Shown: positions 1 through 10,059 of the stretch, one piece after another
How the letters are laid out: the number at the start of each line of letters is the position of its first letter
How positions within the stretch are numbered: position 1 is the first letter of the stretch
DNA from: an uncultured Gemmatimonadales bacterium
Lineage (GTDB): Bacteria > Gemmatimonadota > Gemmatimonadetes > Gemmatimonadales > GWC2-71-9
Assembly: GCA_963695555.1 (NCBI GenBank)
Contig: CAVOGR010000005.1
Coordinates: 416,001 to 480,000 of the forward strand
Length of the DNA stretch: 64,000 nt
Direction of reading: 5' to 3'
Program-made: the position numbers and the translations under genes
The notes under the pieces: generated by a model
Database searches by the model: none
Told to the model about the DNA's origin: nothing
Seen by the model: the letters and a program-made list of their open reading frames with translations, nothing else

Positions 1-1
1 G

Positions 2-160
2 AAACCCGAGTTCGAGTCGGTACCGGTGATCGCCATGCTGACGTCCACGGTCGACCGCCGGGATCGTCAGCGAGCGGCGTCGGCCGGCGCAAACGCCTAC
101 CTATCGAAGCCGCTGAACCCGACCGACTACATCGAGCTGTTCAACTCGTTCGTCGACTGA
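2..160 (+). CDS. Response regulator receiver domain, 5'-truncated by the window edge
   Basis: Frame 2 reads KPEFESVPVIAMLTSTVDRRDRQRAASAGANAYLSKPLNP...FVD*, with the receiver C-terminal motifs (M)LT, GA.xY and KP. Confidence 0.8.
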   Translation, partial: KPEFESVPVIAMLTSTVDRRDRQRAASAGANAYLSKPLNPTDYIELFNSFVD

Positions 161-178
161 GCGAACCGCCGGCATCGC

Positions 179-2702
179 TCATTGCAGCCTGTTCGTCGTG
201 ATCGGCGGCTTCGGAGGCGGCGGCGCAGCAACCCGCATTACCAAGGGACGCAACTCCCCGACATCCATCGGCCGAGCGAACAGGAATCCCTGCGCCATGT
301 CGCACGCCGTTGTCTGCAACGCCTTCAACTGTTCCGGACCTTCGATGCCGTCGGCCACAACCCGCATTCCGAGGGCGTGGGCGATCTCGATGACGCCGTG
401 GACAAACGGCACGTTCTCGCCGCCACCGGCGAGACGGTCGGCCATACGCCGGCCGAGTTTCAACACGTCGATGTCGAGTCTCTGCAGGTAACCGAGCGAG
501 GCCTGCCCATCGCCGAACCGATCGAGGGCCACGATCGCGCCGGCAGCTCGCATGGTGGCCAGCGCCGCCACGGACCGGTCGAACTGATCGACTAGTACCT
601 CTTCAGGCCATTCGATCATGAGCCGGCCTCGTGCCTGATCGAGGGCTGGGGAGGCCAGAAGCGTGCCGATCGATTCGTCGAAGATGTGCTGAGGAGCCAA
701 GTTCACCGATACGAACAGCTTGGGGTCCAGCGGCCAGACGTCGGCCAGCTCCTCGGTCGCTTTCGTCAACACCCACCGGTCGAGCTGGACCATCAAGCCG
801 GCCCGCTCCACCTCGCCCAGGAACTCCCCCGGCAGGAGGAGGCCACGCCGGGGATGGCGCCAGCGGACGAGCGTTTCGACCCCACAGACACGCCGCTGTG
901 AGACGTCGATGATCGGCTGAAAGTGCAGTTCCAGCTGGTCTTGGCGAATTGCCGAATCGAGCGAGCCTGCTTTGACTTGCCGTGGTGTGGTCTGCCCGAC
1001 GTCGTGTTTCGCGAACGGAACCTTTGCCCGATTGCTTGGCTCGATACATCGCGGCGTCGGCGTCACGGAGGAGTGATTCGGCGTCGTGATCAGCCCCGCC
1101 ACCAACCAGTCCGACACTGCATCCGATTCTGGCCTGACCATCAGGCAGGGCGATCGGCTCGGCCATTGTGGCCACGATTCGATGGGCGATGACATCCGGT
1201 TGGTCGACGTCGATCAAGAGGACTGCGAACTCGTCGCCGCCAAACCGGGAGACGATATCCTCGGGCCGTACAAGATCGTTGAGCCGCCGGCCCACCTCGA
1301 TGAGTACGGCATCGCCGGCTGCGTGGCCGTACGTGTCGTTCACCGCTTTGAAGCCGTCGAGATCGATGAACAGGAGGGCGTGGTTCTTCGATGAGCGGGC
1401 GGCGAGGTGGAGGGCCTCGGTGAACATCGATCGATTCGGCAGACCGGTGAGCGAATCATGACTGGCCTGGTAGGCAAGCTCCCGTTCGAGCTGTCGCAGA
1501 TCGGTCAGTGCCTGTTCGAGCCGGTCGCTGTGCATCAGGATTGCCGACTGACGGGCTAATGCGCCGAGGACCTGGAGGTCGTTCTCGGAAAACGACGTGA
1601 CCTCCCCGAGCCGGTTCGCGACCACCAACAGACCGAGATCCCGATTCTCGGCACGGAGCTTGGCCACCATGGCATCTCGTCCGCCCAAACCGACGACCAG
1701 GTCGGCGACAACGCCTGTGTCGTCTCGGCCGATGATGGCGGGCTCGTGAAATGCCGACAGCGTTGAGACGACGCGTGCCACCTCTCGGGCCTTGACCAGT
1801 GAAGAGGACTGCTCCCCGGACTTGGTGCTCCGGACGACACGGATGCCGTCGTCTTCCTTCAACACCACTGCGCCGATTTCGGCCCGAAACATCTCCCGGG
1901 CCTCCTGCAACAAGGTGACGAGACCCGCCTCGGAGGCTCCGACGTCCAGTCGCCGAGTGGACCGATAGAGAAACTCGATGCGTTCCCTCTGTTCACGCTC
2001 CGAGGTGATCACTCGGAACGCGGTGAAGAGCAGGAAAACGGGAACCGCCAAGAGCAGGACGGCGAAGATGTCCCTGGCCAGAATGATGCCTGCAGTGAGA
2101 CCGATGGTTGTATTGGTCACGCTGACCACGAGCCCGAACGACAACAGCTCGGAACTCCTCCGCCAGCCAGGGAATCCTTCGGTCAGCATGACGACCAGTA
2201 CGATCAGGGCAAAGCTGGCCGCTGACCCGAGAACGACCGCCATGATCGTCGACAGCCAGATGAGCCGCTCGCCGTCGCCGAAGGGTTCCAACCCGACGAC
2301 CAGCGCGGCCGTCCCGGCAAATATCCCGAGATTTGCCGCATTGAAGGCGACCTTCAGGGCGGGCTGTCGCCTTCCAGCGAGGAGGCCCAAGGCTGTGCCG
2401 CCAATGGTGGCAATCACGACGTGGCCAGGCGCTGTGTAGAGCAAGCCCAGAACAAGAGGAATCTCGAAGAGCGAGAAACTGCTGGCTTCCGCCCGGAACT
2501 GCACGTGGATGACACGCCACTCGACAAAGGCGAATGCGGCCACAAGCCAGATGACGTTGATCTCGACGCCGGCGATTTGCGGCCGACCGCTGCTCAGCAG
2601 TGCCAGGAGGACAAGATCGAGGGTGAGCAAGGCCAGCACGAGGCCGAGAACCCGCTGTGATGGGTTGGTTCCGGCTGAACGTCGGCGGGCTCTCCGGCTC
2701 AC
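179..2702 (-). CDS. Membrane-anchored GAF-GGDEF-EAL protein (probable diguanylate cyclase with degenerate EAL); one frameshift near 1000-1030
   Basis: ORF 603..2702 has several TM helices, a GAF-like segment, HDSLTGLPNR, DLDGFKAVNDTYGH and RPEDIVSRFGGDEF. ORF 179..1195 supplies the EAL domain (HFQPI, VETLVRW, QGFLFARP). Confidence 0.9.
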
Positions 2703-2901
2703 CTTCAGACAATCGGCGGCGCCGGTCCCGAGATGAAATACCGGTCCGAGAAATCATCGATGCCCAGGTTTCTGGGCAGTGTTGCCCAAACATCTCGTGT
2801 CGGCCCGGGGGATTCGAGCTGAGCCTCTGGGCCAGCCGGCTCATCCTTGTTGTTCCGGGTTCAAGTTTTCGAGGTGAGGTGTCGAAAGCTGGTACGTACT
2901 A

Positions 2902-2991
2902 ATCACTGTGACCGAGGCGCTGATCCCCACGGCTGTACTTTGGTCGCTTGGCCGTGGGTGGGAGCCAGTAGCGAAACCGGCGTTCTCTGAT
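2902..2991 (+). ncRNA. Cyclic di-GMP-II riboswitch aptamer in the 5' leader of the S8 protease
   Basis: GAGGCGCTGA...CCCACGGC..TGGTCGCTT.GCCGTGGG..GAGCCAGTAGCGAAACCGG follows the class II layout: GGC/GCC stem, TGA/GA kink-turn, CCCACGGC/GCCGTGGG stem, loop TCGCT pseudoknotted to AGCGA, conserved AACCG junction. Confidence 0.85.
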
Positions 2992-3001
2992 CGACTGAGA
3001 G

Positions 3002-4583
3002 ATGAGAACAATGAGTACAGATTGGGTCCGAGTAGAGGGAGTCACCTGGCAGACTTCCAAACGAGACCAGTTGATCGCTCTCGCGGCAGCTTTGGCCTTG
3101 CTGGTTGCGGTGGTGGCGAGCGTCGCTCCAGCTTCTGCCGGCAAACCGGGTGGCAGCAGTTGGACGCCACCTTCGGGGATGTTCGGCTCCGAGGTCGCGT
3201 GGAGGACCGGGGTGGAACCGATGTGGGATCTCGGCTACACCGGCTCCGGGATCGATGTCGCCGTCATCGACACCGGTGTGAACGCCGTCCAAGGTCTCGA
3301 CGGCAGAGACAAGATCATCGACGGACCGGACTTCTCGTTCGACTCCGACGACGCCAACCTCCGCCACCGGGATCTCTACGGCCACGGCACCGCCATGGCC
3401 AGCCTGGTCGCCGGTGCTGCCGGGAAGAACGCCGATCTCGTCGGCGCCAACAACATGGCCTACGGTATGGCACCCAACGCCAGGATCGTCAACGTCAAGG
3501 TCGGCGACGGTGTCGGCGCCGTCGACGTCTCCCAGGTCATCGCCGCCATCGACTGGGTGGTTCAGCACCGCAACGCCAACGGCATGAACGTCCGGGTCAT
3601 GCTGTTGGCCTTCGACACCGACTCCACCCAGGGCTACCTCCTCGACCCGCTGGCCTATGCCGTCGAGAACGCCTGGCATCACGGCATCACCGTCGTGGTC
3701 TCGGCCGGCAATGACGGCAAGTCGGCCCAGACCCTGGGCAACCCGGCCATAGACCCCTACGTGATCGCCGTCGGCGGCGTCGAGCCGGCCAAGGGTAACT
3801 CGTGGAAGGTGCCGGGCTGGGCCTCGTCCGGTGACGGGATCCGCAACCCGGACCTGGCCACCCCGGCTCCCAGATCCTGGCCGCCGCCGTGCCGGGCTCC
3901 TATCTGGTCAACGCCCACCCGGATGCGGTGTTCGACACCCCCGACGGGCCGGTCATCCGAGGCAACGGCACCTCCCAAGCCGCCGCCGTCGCCGCCGGTG
4001 CCGCAGCGACTCTTCTCGAGGCCCGACCGAGCCTCACCCCCGACCAGGTCAAGGCCGCTCTCACCGGGAGCGCCAACGACGTCGGCATCCCCGCCAAGTT
4101 CGCCGGAACGGGCGTCCTCGACCTCCACCCCGCTCTCGACGCCAACGTCGTCGGCGCCACCCAGACCACGCCCGGGCCACGGGCCTCGGCACCCTCGAAG
4201 CCACCCGCGGCAGCTACCACGTCGGTCCGACAGGTGATCAGCTCAGCGGTGAGCTGACAGCGTTCGGCGACACCTGGAACCCCAGCGCCTGGAAGGCCGC
4301 CACCACCCAGGCCGCCGCCTACACAAACTCCACCTTCGACGGTGCGACCTGGAGCACCGGCTCCTGGCTCGGTGGCACCTGGTCCGGCGCAACCTGGTCC
4401 GGGGCAACCTGGAGCGGCGCAACCTGGTCCGGCGCAACCTGGAGCGGCGCCACCTGGTCCGGCGCAACCTGGTCCGGCGCAACCTGGAGCGGGGCCACCT
4501 GGTCCGGCGCAACCTGGTCCGGCGCAACCTGGAGCGGGGCCACCTGGTCCGGCGCAACCTGGAGCGGAAGCAGCTGGAGCTGA
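3002..4583 (+). CDS. Secreted S8 (subtilisin/AprX-like) serine protease with a C-terminal Trp-rich pentapeptide repeat tail; frameshifts near 3865 and 4170
   Basis: Signal peptide (LIALAAALALLVAVVASVAPASA). Catalytic motifs VIDTG, GHGTAMA, SAGN (ORF 3002) and GNGTSQAA (ORF 3889). Tail in ORF 3831..4583. Confidence 0.9.
4380..4559 (+). repeat. 12 x 15-bp coding tandem repeat encoding (WSGAT)12
   Basis: Units TGG-TCC/AGC-GGC/GGG-GCA/GCC-ACC vary only synonymously; followed by WSGSSWS*. Confidence 0.97.
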
Positions 4584-4653
4584 CCGAAGACGCTCAACCA
4601 GCGAGGAACTCCCTGGAACCAGCCGGATGACACGGTTCCTCAAAACACCGCCA

Positions 4654-4687
4654 GCGCAGCGCCCAGTCCAAACACTGGGCGCTGCGT
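4654..4687. terminator. GC-rich hairpin between the convergent protease and tRNA genes (likely bidirectional terminator)
   Basis: GCGCAGCGCCCAGT-ccaaac-ACTGGGCGCTGCGT. Confidence 0.7.
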
Positions 4688-4709
4688 CGCGTCGTCGGTG
4701 AAACAGCGG

Positions 4710-4794
4710 TGCCCGGGGTGGGAGTCGAACCCACACGCCCCCTGAGGAGCCGAGGGGTTTAAGCCCTCTGCGTCTGCCGTTCCGCCACCCGGGC
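4710..4794 (-). tRNA. tRNA-Leu(TAA)
   Basis: Reverse complement GCCCGGGTGGCGGAACGGCAGACGCAGAGGGC-TTAAA-CCCCTC...GGTTCGACTCCCACCCCGGGCA; long variable arm, anticodon loop CT-TAA-AC. Confidence 0.95.
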
Positions 4795-4861
4795 GTGGAT
4801 GGCCGGCTACCAGACTAGAACGGCCCGTGGGCGAATGGCCGTCAAAGTCGCCGATTCGACG

Positions 4862-6271
4862 TCAGAGTTGCAGGACGGGAACCTGATGATGATCAAGCCG
4901 GTCGACACCCAACAGGTCGAGCATGGCCGGAGCGAAGTCGAGGTAGTCGACCTGACGATCGGCCGGTTGCTTGAAGCTGGGCGAGTTGGACACGGCCACC
5001 ACCCCTTCGGGGATGTGCCGGCCGCTGGAGTGGTCGTCGACGGCATGGATCTCCAATCCGGCCGTCGCTGCGTCGACCGATCGCCCGTCGAGGACCACGG
5101 TCTCATCGTCGACCACCACCAGGCCGTACGTCAACGTGACCACGTCGTCGACCCGATCGACCCGCCAGCGGTGATGGTCGCCACCGACCTCGGCGAGGCG
5201 GGCCGCCAGCTGTTCGGCCGCTTCGGTCGATCCGCAGGCGAGCGTCAGGTTGGGCGCCATCGAACCGCGGACCGACGGCATCCGATCGACGTCGACGCCG
5301 ACTGCGGCGAGAAACGCCTCCGGATCCACGATCACCACGTCGTGGGTCAGGTCCGACTCGAGTTCGCGACTCGGCCCCTGGCCCATCGACGACACGACAA
5401 CCAGCGTTCGACCGTTCCGTTTGCACCACTCGTCGAGCCGCGTCAGAAAGTGATCCAGCATCTCGACGGCCACCGCAATCTCGTCGCGGTGGCGGGCGAC
5501 CCAGTCGATCGAGTAGTGCTCGGTGCTGAAATCGTCGGGGTACATGGCATACCAGTAGCGATGCATGGCGGCGGCAACGTGGTTCGTGAACATCACCGCC
5601 AGGTCCGGGGCCTCGTCGGTCAGCAGCCGCAGGAACACGTCGGACAGGATCATGAACTGTCCGGACCGGACCCGCTCCCGGGGAACCCGCCCTGCCGCCG
5701 CCTCGGCGGCCAGCCGACCGAGCCGGGCGACCGTCGACCCGCTCAACCCAAGCCCGGCCATCGCCTTCAACGCCGGACCGACCTCGGACCGTACCGACCG
5801 AAGATCCGACTTCCGGCTGTTCGCCTTGGTCAACCGCAGATTGAGTTCCTGGAACGGTCGATACCGGTCGGGACTCGTGTCGGCATCGACGGCGAAGCAG
5901 TCGGGAATGGCGAAGCGGTAGTCACCACTCGAGCACTGGATCGACAGCGGCGACGAATGCAACGTGCTCACGAGCCCGACGGAGCGATCGGAACGGGCCG
6001 CCACCTGCCAGTAGAGGGGGTAGGTGGCCGGTTTCGGATCGCCGTACCACCACACCCGATGGTCCCGCCACGGCACCCCGGTGTTGAGTGAGGCCCAGGT
6101 CTGCGATGGATACATCTCCCTCGGGAGCTGCTCCGACACGACCGTGTCGACGACCTGGTCGTCGTCGAGTAGCTGCCCGATGAACGGCGCTCGACCCATC
6201 GCGGCCACGTCGGTCAGCACCCGGCGTGGAACCTCGTTCACCTCGATGACGACGACCTGGCGATAGTCCAT
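4862..6271 (-). CDS. Alkaline phosphatase superfamily (nucleotide pyrophosphatase/phosphodiesterase-like) protein
   Basis: IEVNEVP, PSQTWASLNTG, NHVAAAMHRYW, VVVSSMGQ, SGRHIPEG and DFAPAMLDLLG motifs. Confidence 0.7.
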   Translation of the reverse strand: MDYRQVVVIEVNEVPRRVLTDVAAMGRAPFIGQLLDDDQVVDTVVSEQLPREMYPSQTWASLNTGVPWRDHRVWWYGDPKPATYPLYWQVAARSDRSVGLVSTLHSSPLSIQCSSGDYRFAIPDCFAVDADTSPDRYRPFQELNLRLTKANSRKSDLRSVRSEVGPALKAMAGLGLSGSTVARLGRLAAEAAAGRVPRERVRSGQFMILSDVFLRLLTDEAPDLAVMFTNHVAAAMHRYWYAMYPDDFSTEHYSIDWVARHRDEIAVAVEMLDHFLTRLDEWCKRNGRTLVVVSSMGQGPSRELESDLTHDVVIVDPEAFLAAVGVDVDRMPSVRGSMAPNLTLACGSTEAAEQLAARLAEVGGDHHRWRVDRVDDVVTLTYGLVVVDDETVVLDGRSVDAATAGLEIHAVDDHSSGRHIPEGVVAVSNSPSFKQPADRQVDYLDFAPAMLDLLGVDRLDHHQVPVLQL

Positions 6272-6346
6272 GAGCATCTATCGACCCGACGTCGCCCGTT
6301 CTGAACGGCGACGGGAACAGGTTCGGCGCAGCGACCGCCGGTTCGT

Positions 6347-6793
6347 CTAGGACCGGAAGCGCTCGACCAGGAACCGGGAGGTCTCGAGGGCGGGCTCGGT
6401 GACCAGGCGAATGAAGATGCTGGCGATTCCGAGCTGGAGGATGATCCCGATCGCCTTGGCCCACGTGAACAGGGCGCCGGGCTCGGTGTCGGCGATGGAC
6501 ATGGCCACGGCCGGCTCGCCTTCCGGCCCGGGACCGTAGCTGCAGAATCCGTCGGTTCGATTGCGCAATGCGAATTGGTTGGAACGCTCGAAATCGAGCA
6601 GGGTTCGTTCGATGTCCTCGCCGTGACGGAGACACAGCTGTTCGGTGACGAGATCGTCGAACGGGGCGACGACCCTGGTACGGGCCAGATTCAACACGAG
6701 CACGGCGAACACGGCGATCAGCGCGACGACCAGCCAGCGAACGATGTCGAACACCCGCCCGGACTGATCGTGTTCGGTTTGCATCGTGGTCAT
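6347..6793 (-). CDS. Hypothetical membrane protein (2 TM helices, extracellular loop with two Cys)
   Basis: ORF with two hydrophobic segments and typical codon usage. Confidence 0.6.
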   Translation of the reverse strand: MTTMQTEHDQSGRVFDIVRWLVVALIAVFAVLVLNLARTRVVAPFDDLVTEQLCLRHGEDIERTLLDFERSNQFALRNRTDGFCSYGPGPEGEPAVAMSIADTEPGALFTWAKAIGIILQLGIASIFIRLVTEPALETSRFLVERFRS

Positions 6794-6940
6794 GGATTCC
6801 TCGCCGGTTGTCCCGAGGTCGCCGGCGCGCCGCCGGCTACGAGACCGCGGCGACACCTGCGTGAATCATGATACGACCCGAATCCGAACTCGTGTGTGCA
6901 GCAGCCGTTGAGTGGAACGAATCCGAAAGGATCGCCTCCT

Positions 6941-7393
6941 TCAGGCGGCCCGCCGGGTGGCCGAGTGGTCGGCAGGACCGGTTGGACCGAACCCCGGGGC
7001 ACCACCGGGCCCGCCGGCCTCTTGCGATGGTGGTGCGGCGATGAAAACATCCCCGGCGGCCCGCCACAGGGCGTCGCGAGCCGAAGCGTCGATCGAGCCG
7101 TTCTTCGCGGCCCGGATGATCCCTTCGATCATGTCGGCCGTGACCGACACGGCGGGCCTGCCCCGGTAGCGGACGGCGACGGTCGCCGATCCGTCGGCGT
7201 TTCGACGAATGGCCCGCCCGACTCCGACGCGACCGGGGCTGCGGAACGTGATGCCGGCGACGCCGAAACCGGCGGCGGCGGCGATCAGAGCCCGCGCCAG
7301 ACGGGCGAACCCGATCGACGTCAGCTCCGCCTCCAGACCCGTTGACGGGGTCGACGACGACGGGCGAGCCTGCTGCTCCTGCCTGAACTCCAC
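6941..7393 (-). CDS. Hypothetical protein
   Basis: FARLARAL...FRSPG...VAVRYRGRP...ADMIEGII looks like a globular coding segment. Confidence 0.55.
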   Translation of the reverse strand: MEFRQEQQARPSSSTPSTGLEAELTSIGFARLARALIAAAAGFGVAGITFRSPGRVGVGRAIRRNADGSATVAVRYRGRPAVSVTADMIEGIIRAAKNGSIDASARDALWRAAGDVFIAAPPSQEAGGPGGAPGFGPTGPADHSATRRAA

Positions 7394-7439
7394 GCTTCCA
7401 TTATGACCAAGGCCTGTGACACCGAACGCCGGAAGGGCG

Positions 7440-8551
7440 TCAGGGCCGCCTGGCCATGGAAGTTGTGGCCCCGACCGGCTCGGTGATGGCATCGTCGAAC
7501 GGTGTTCTCCGCAGGTACAACACCCAGGCCCCGAAACCGCTCACGATCGGCACCCACCACGAGATCAGACGGTAGGCGATCGTGGCGAGGCTGGCGTCCT
7601 GGGCGCTGATCCCGGAGATGATGAGCAGCGAGTAGAGGCCGACCTCGACGAACCCCACACCGCCAGGGTAATGGGGATCATCCCGAGAACCTGAGCGCCG
7701 GCGTAGGCGATCAACACCAGACTCAGGCGAGGATCGGTACCCACGCTGTACAGCGCCGCAATGAGGGCCAAGTAGTCGAACGCCCATTTTCCGGCCGATG
7801 CGGCCACGACGGCGGGCCAACGGGAATCAACCACGGCGACCAGCCGATCACGTTCGGCCAGAAACTGGCCCTGGCCGACCGTCCACGACCGGTGAAAGAC
7901 CCGGCCCAGGAGACCCATCAGTGATCGGATGGCACCCTCGGCGAGCTCGAGCGGCCGGGTGAAGGCCACGGCCGCCGCACCGACTGCGAGCAGCACCAAG
8001 AACATCACGCCGCCGGCCACCGCCGCGGGAAGCAGGCTCTCGGGTATCGGCGCCCCGAGCAGTGCCATCACACCGGCCACCGCCGGGATGGCGACCAGCG
8101 CTGCGGTGGTCATGACCGACGTGACGGCCAGCCGCGCCGCCGGCCTTCGACGATTCGATGCCGGCCGACGCCAACATCCGGTAGTACACGGCTCCACCCG
8201 TCGCCGCCCCGCCGGGGACAACGCGACTGACGGCGTTCGACACCAGTTGACTGGTGGCGGCGATGAACCACGACGCCTGGGGTATGACGATGCGGGTCAA
8301 CCACCACAGGCACACGAAGCTGGCCAGCTCCGACGCGAACATCACGCCGAACCAGCCAGGCCGAATGGTTCGGAGGCGGGTTCCGGACGAGAGCAGGTCG
8401 CGCAACTGGTCTGCATGAGGTACATGGCGGTGGCGGCAACGGCCAGACCAATCCCCCACACCAGCGTGCGACGGATGAACGTCGATCCGTTGACGACCCC
8501 ACCGAAGCCGTCGGTCACCGCCGGCCGGTCGCTGCGAGACCGATCCGTCAT
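7440..8551 (-). CDS. Lysylphosphatidylglycerol synthase TM / flippase-like (UPF0104) membrane protein, frameshifted
   Basis: SNAVSRVVPGGAATGG, IPITxGGVGFVE and ATIAYRLISWW motifs spread over ORFs 7848, 7565 and 7440. Confidence 0.8.
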
Positions 8552-9237
8552 GCGCCGACACCCGCCTGTGCCTCGGCGGTGGGCGCGCCGTCGGGAACAC
8601 CAGCGAACCGATGGAGCGGCCAACCGAGGCTGCGGCACAGCTCGTCGAGCAGCGACGACAGGGAGGCCGACGACATTCAAGTAGGAACCCTCGACTCGGT
8701 CGACCAGCAGGGCGCCTCGACCCTGTATCCCGTAGGCGCCGGCCTTGTCGAACGCCTCGCCGGTTCCGACGTACCAATCGGTGAGATCGCGGTCGAGGGT
8801 GCGGAGCGTACCTCGGTCGTTTCCCGCGCCGACACCTGGCGCAGGGAGTTCCCACCCTCGTTCGGGTCGAGCAATCCGACGGCCAGGCCGGTGATCACAT
8901 GGTGGCGTCGTCCTGACAACAGAGCCAGCATTCTCTCGGCATCCGCCTTCCCCCTCCGGCTTGCCCAGGATCGAGCCGCCGACCTCAACAACGGTATCGG
9001 CGGCGATGATCAAACGGGCTGCGACGACGGCGGCGGAACGTCGGCGCAGGCCGTCAGCTTGGCTGTGGCCAGCCGCCCGACGAGATCGGCCGCCGACTCA
9101 CCGGCCCGCTCGGTCTCGTCGACATCGGCCGGCCGGACATCGGGCTCGATGCCGAGCCGGCGAAGTATGGCCGCCCGGCGTGGGGAACCCGACGCCAACA
9201 CCACCGTCGGAACTCCCGACACACCTCGAGCAGCCAT
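8548..9237 (-). CDS. maf: Maf family nucleoside triphosphate pyrophosphatase, frameshifted
   Basis: [18 protein letters not shown]...[15 protein letters not shown] and [10 protein letters not shown]. Confidence 0.9.
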
Positions 9238-9294
9238 CGGCTTCCAGGGTAGAGGCTTGGGACCGGGCGCGGGTCGGTGGCACACTTGACGGCC

Positions 9295-10049
9295 ATGAAC
9301 CTGATCGACGTCACAACCGCAGACGGTGTCGCCACCATCACCCTCAACGACCCGAAGCGCCGCAATGCCGTGACTCTTCCGATGTGTCGCGAGATCGACG
9401 AGGCCATGAACAACGTCGAAGCCGACGAATCGGTCAACGCCCTGATCGTCACCGGCAACCCCCCGGCGTTCTCCGCGGGGGCCGATCTGTCCCATCTCGG
9501 CGACTCCGCCGAGGAGGGGCTGCTCACCATCTACGAAGGCTTCCTACGTATCGGGCGGACGCCTCTGCCGACGATCGCCGCAGTCAACGGGGCCACGGTC
9601 GGGGCAGGCATGAACCTGGCCCTCATCTGTGACCTGCGGCTGGCCGGTCGCTCCGCCGGTTCGACACCCGCTTTCTCGACCTCGGCCTGCACCCCGGCGG
9701 CGGGCACACCTGGATGTACCAGAACATCTGTGGGCCGCAGACCGCCGCCGCGGCCATTCTCTTCTCCCAGGTGCTCGACGGCGAGGAGGCGGCCCGTGTC
9801 GGGCTGGCGTTCCAGGTGTACGACGACGACGAGCTGATGGGCGCCGCCCAGGCCATGGCCGCGAAGGCCGGTTCGGCCCCCCGGGATCTCGTGCTCAAGA
9901 CCAAGCGCACGATGCAGGACATCCGGTCGGTGTCGACCCAGCGGGCGGCCGTCGATCACGAACTCGGCCCACAGGCCTGGTCGACCCGTCAAGCCGCGTT
10001 CCAGGACCGCCTGGCCAAACTCAAGGCGAAGATCAGTTCGAAGAGCTGA
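9295..10049 (+). CDS. Enoyl-CoA hydratase/isomerase family protein, frameshift near 9655
   Basis: [20 protein letters not shown] and [14 protein letters not shown]. Confidence 0.85.
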
Positions 10050-10059
10050 GCCCGAGTTG

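Noticed and set aside
4380..4559. CRISPR array or non-coding VNTR
   Set aside because: No spacers; 15-bp units vary only synonymously within the protease frame.
3900..4736. Collagen-like (GPAQP), QVAPD and RRTRL repeat ORFs
   Set aside because: Alternative-frame or antisense shadows of the WSGAT repeat.
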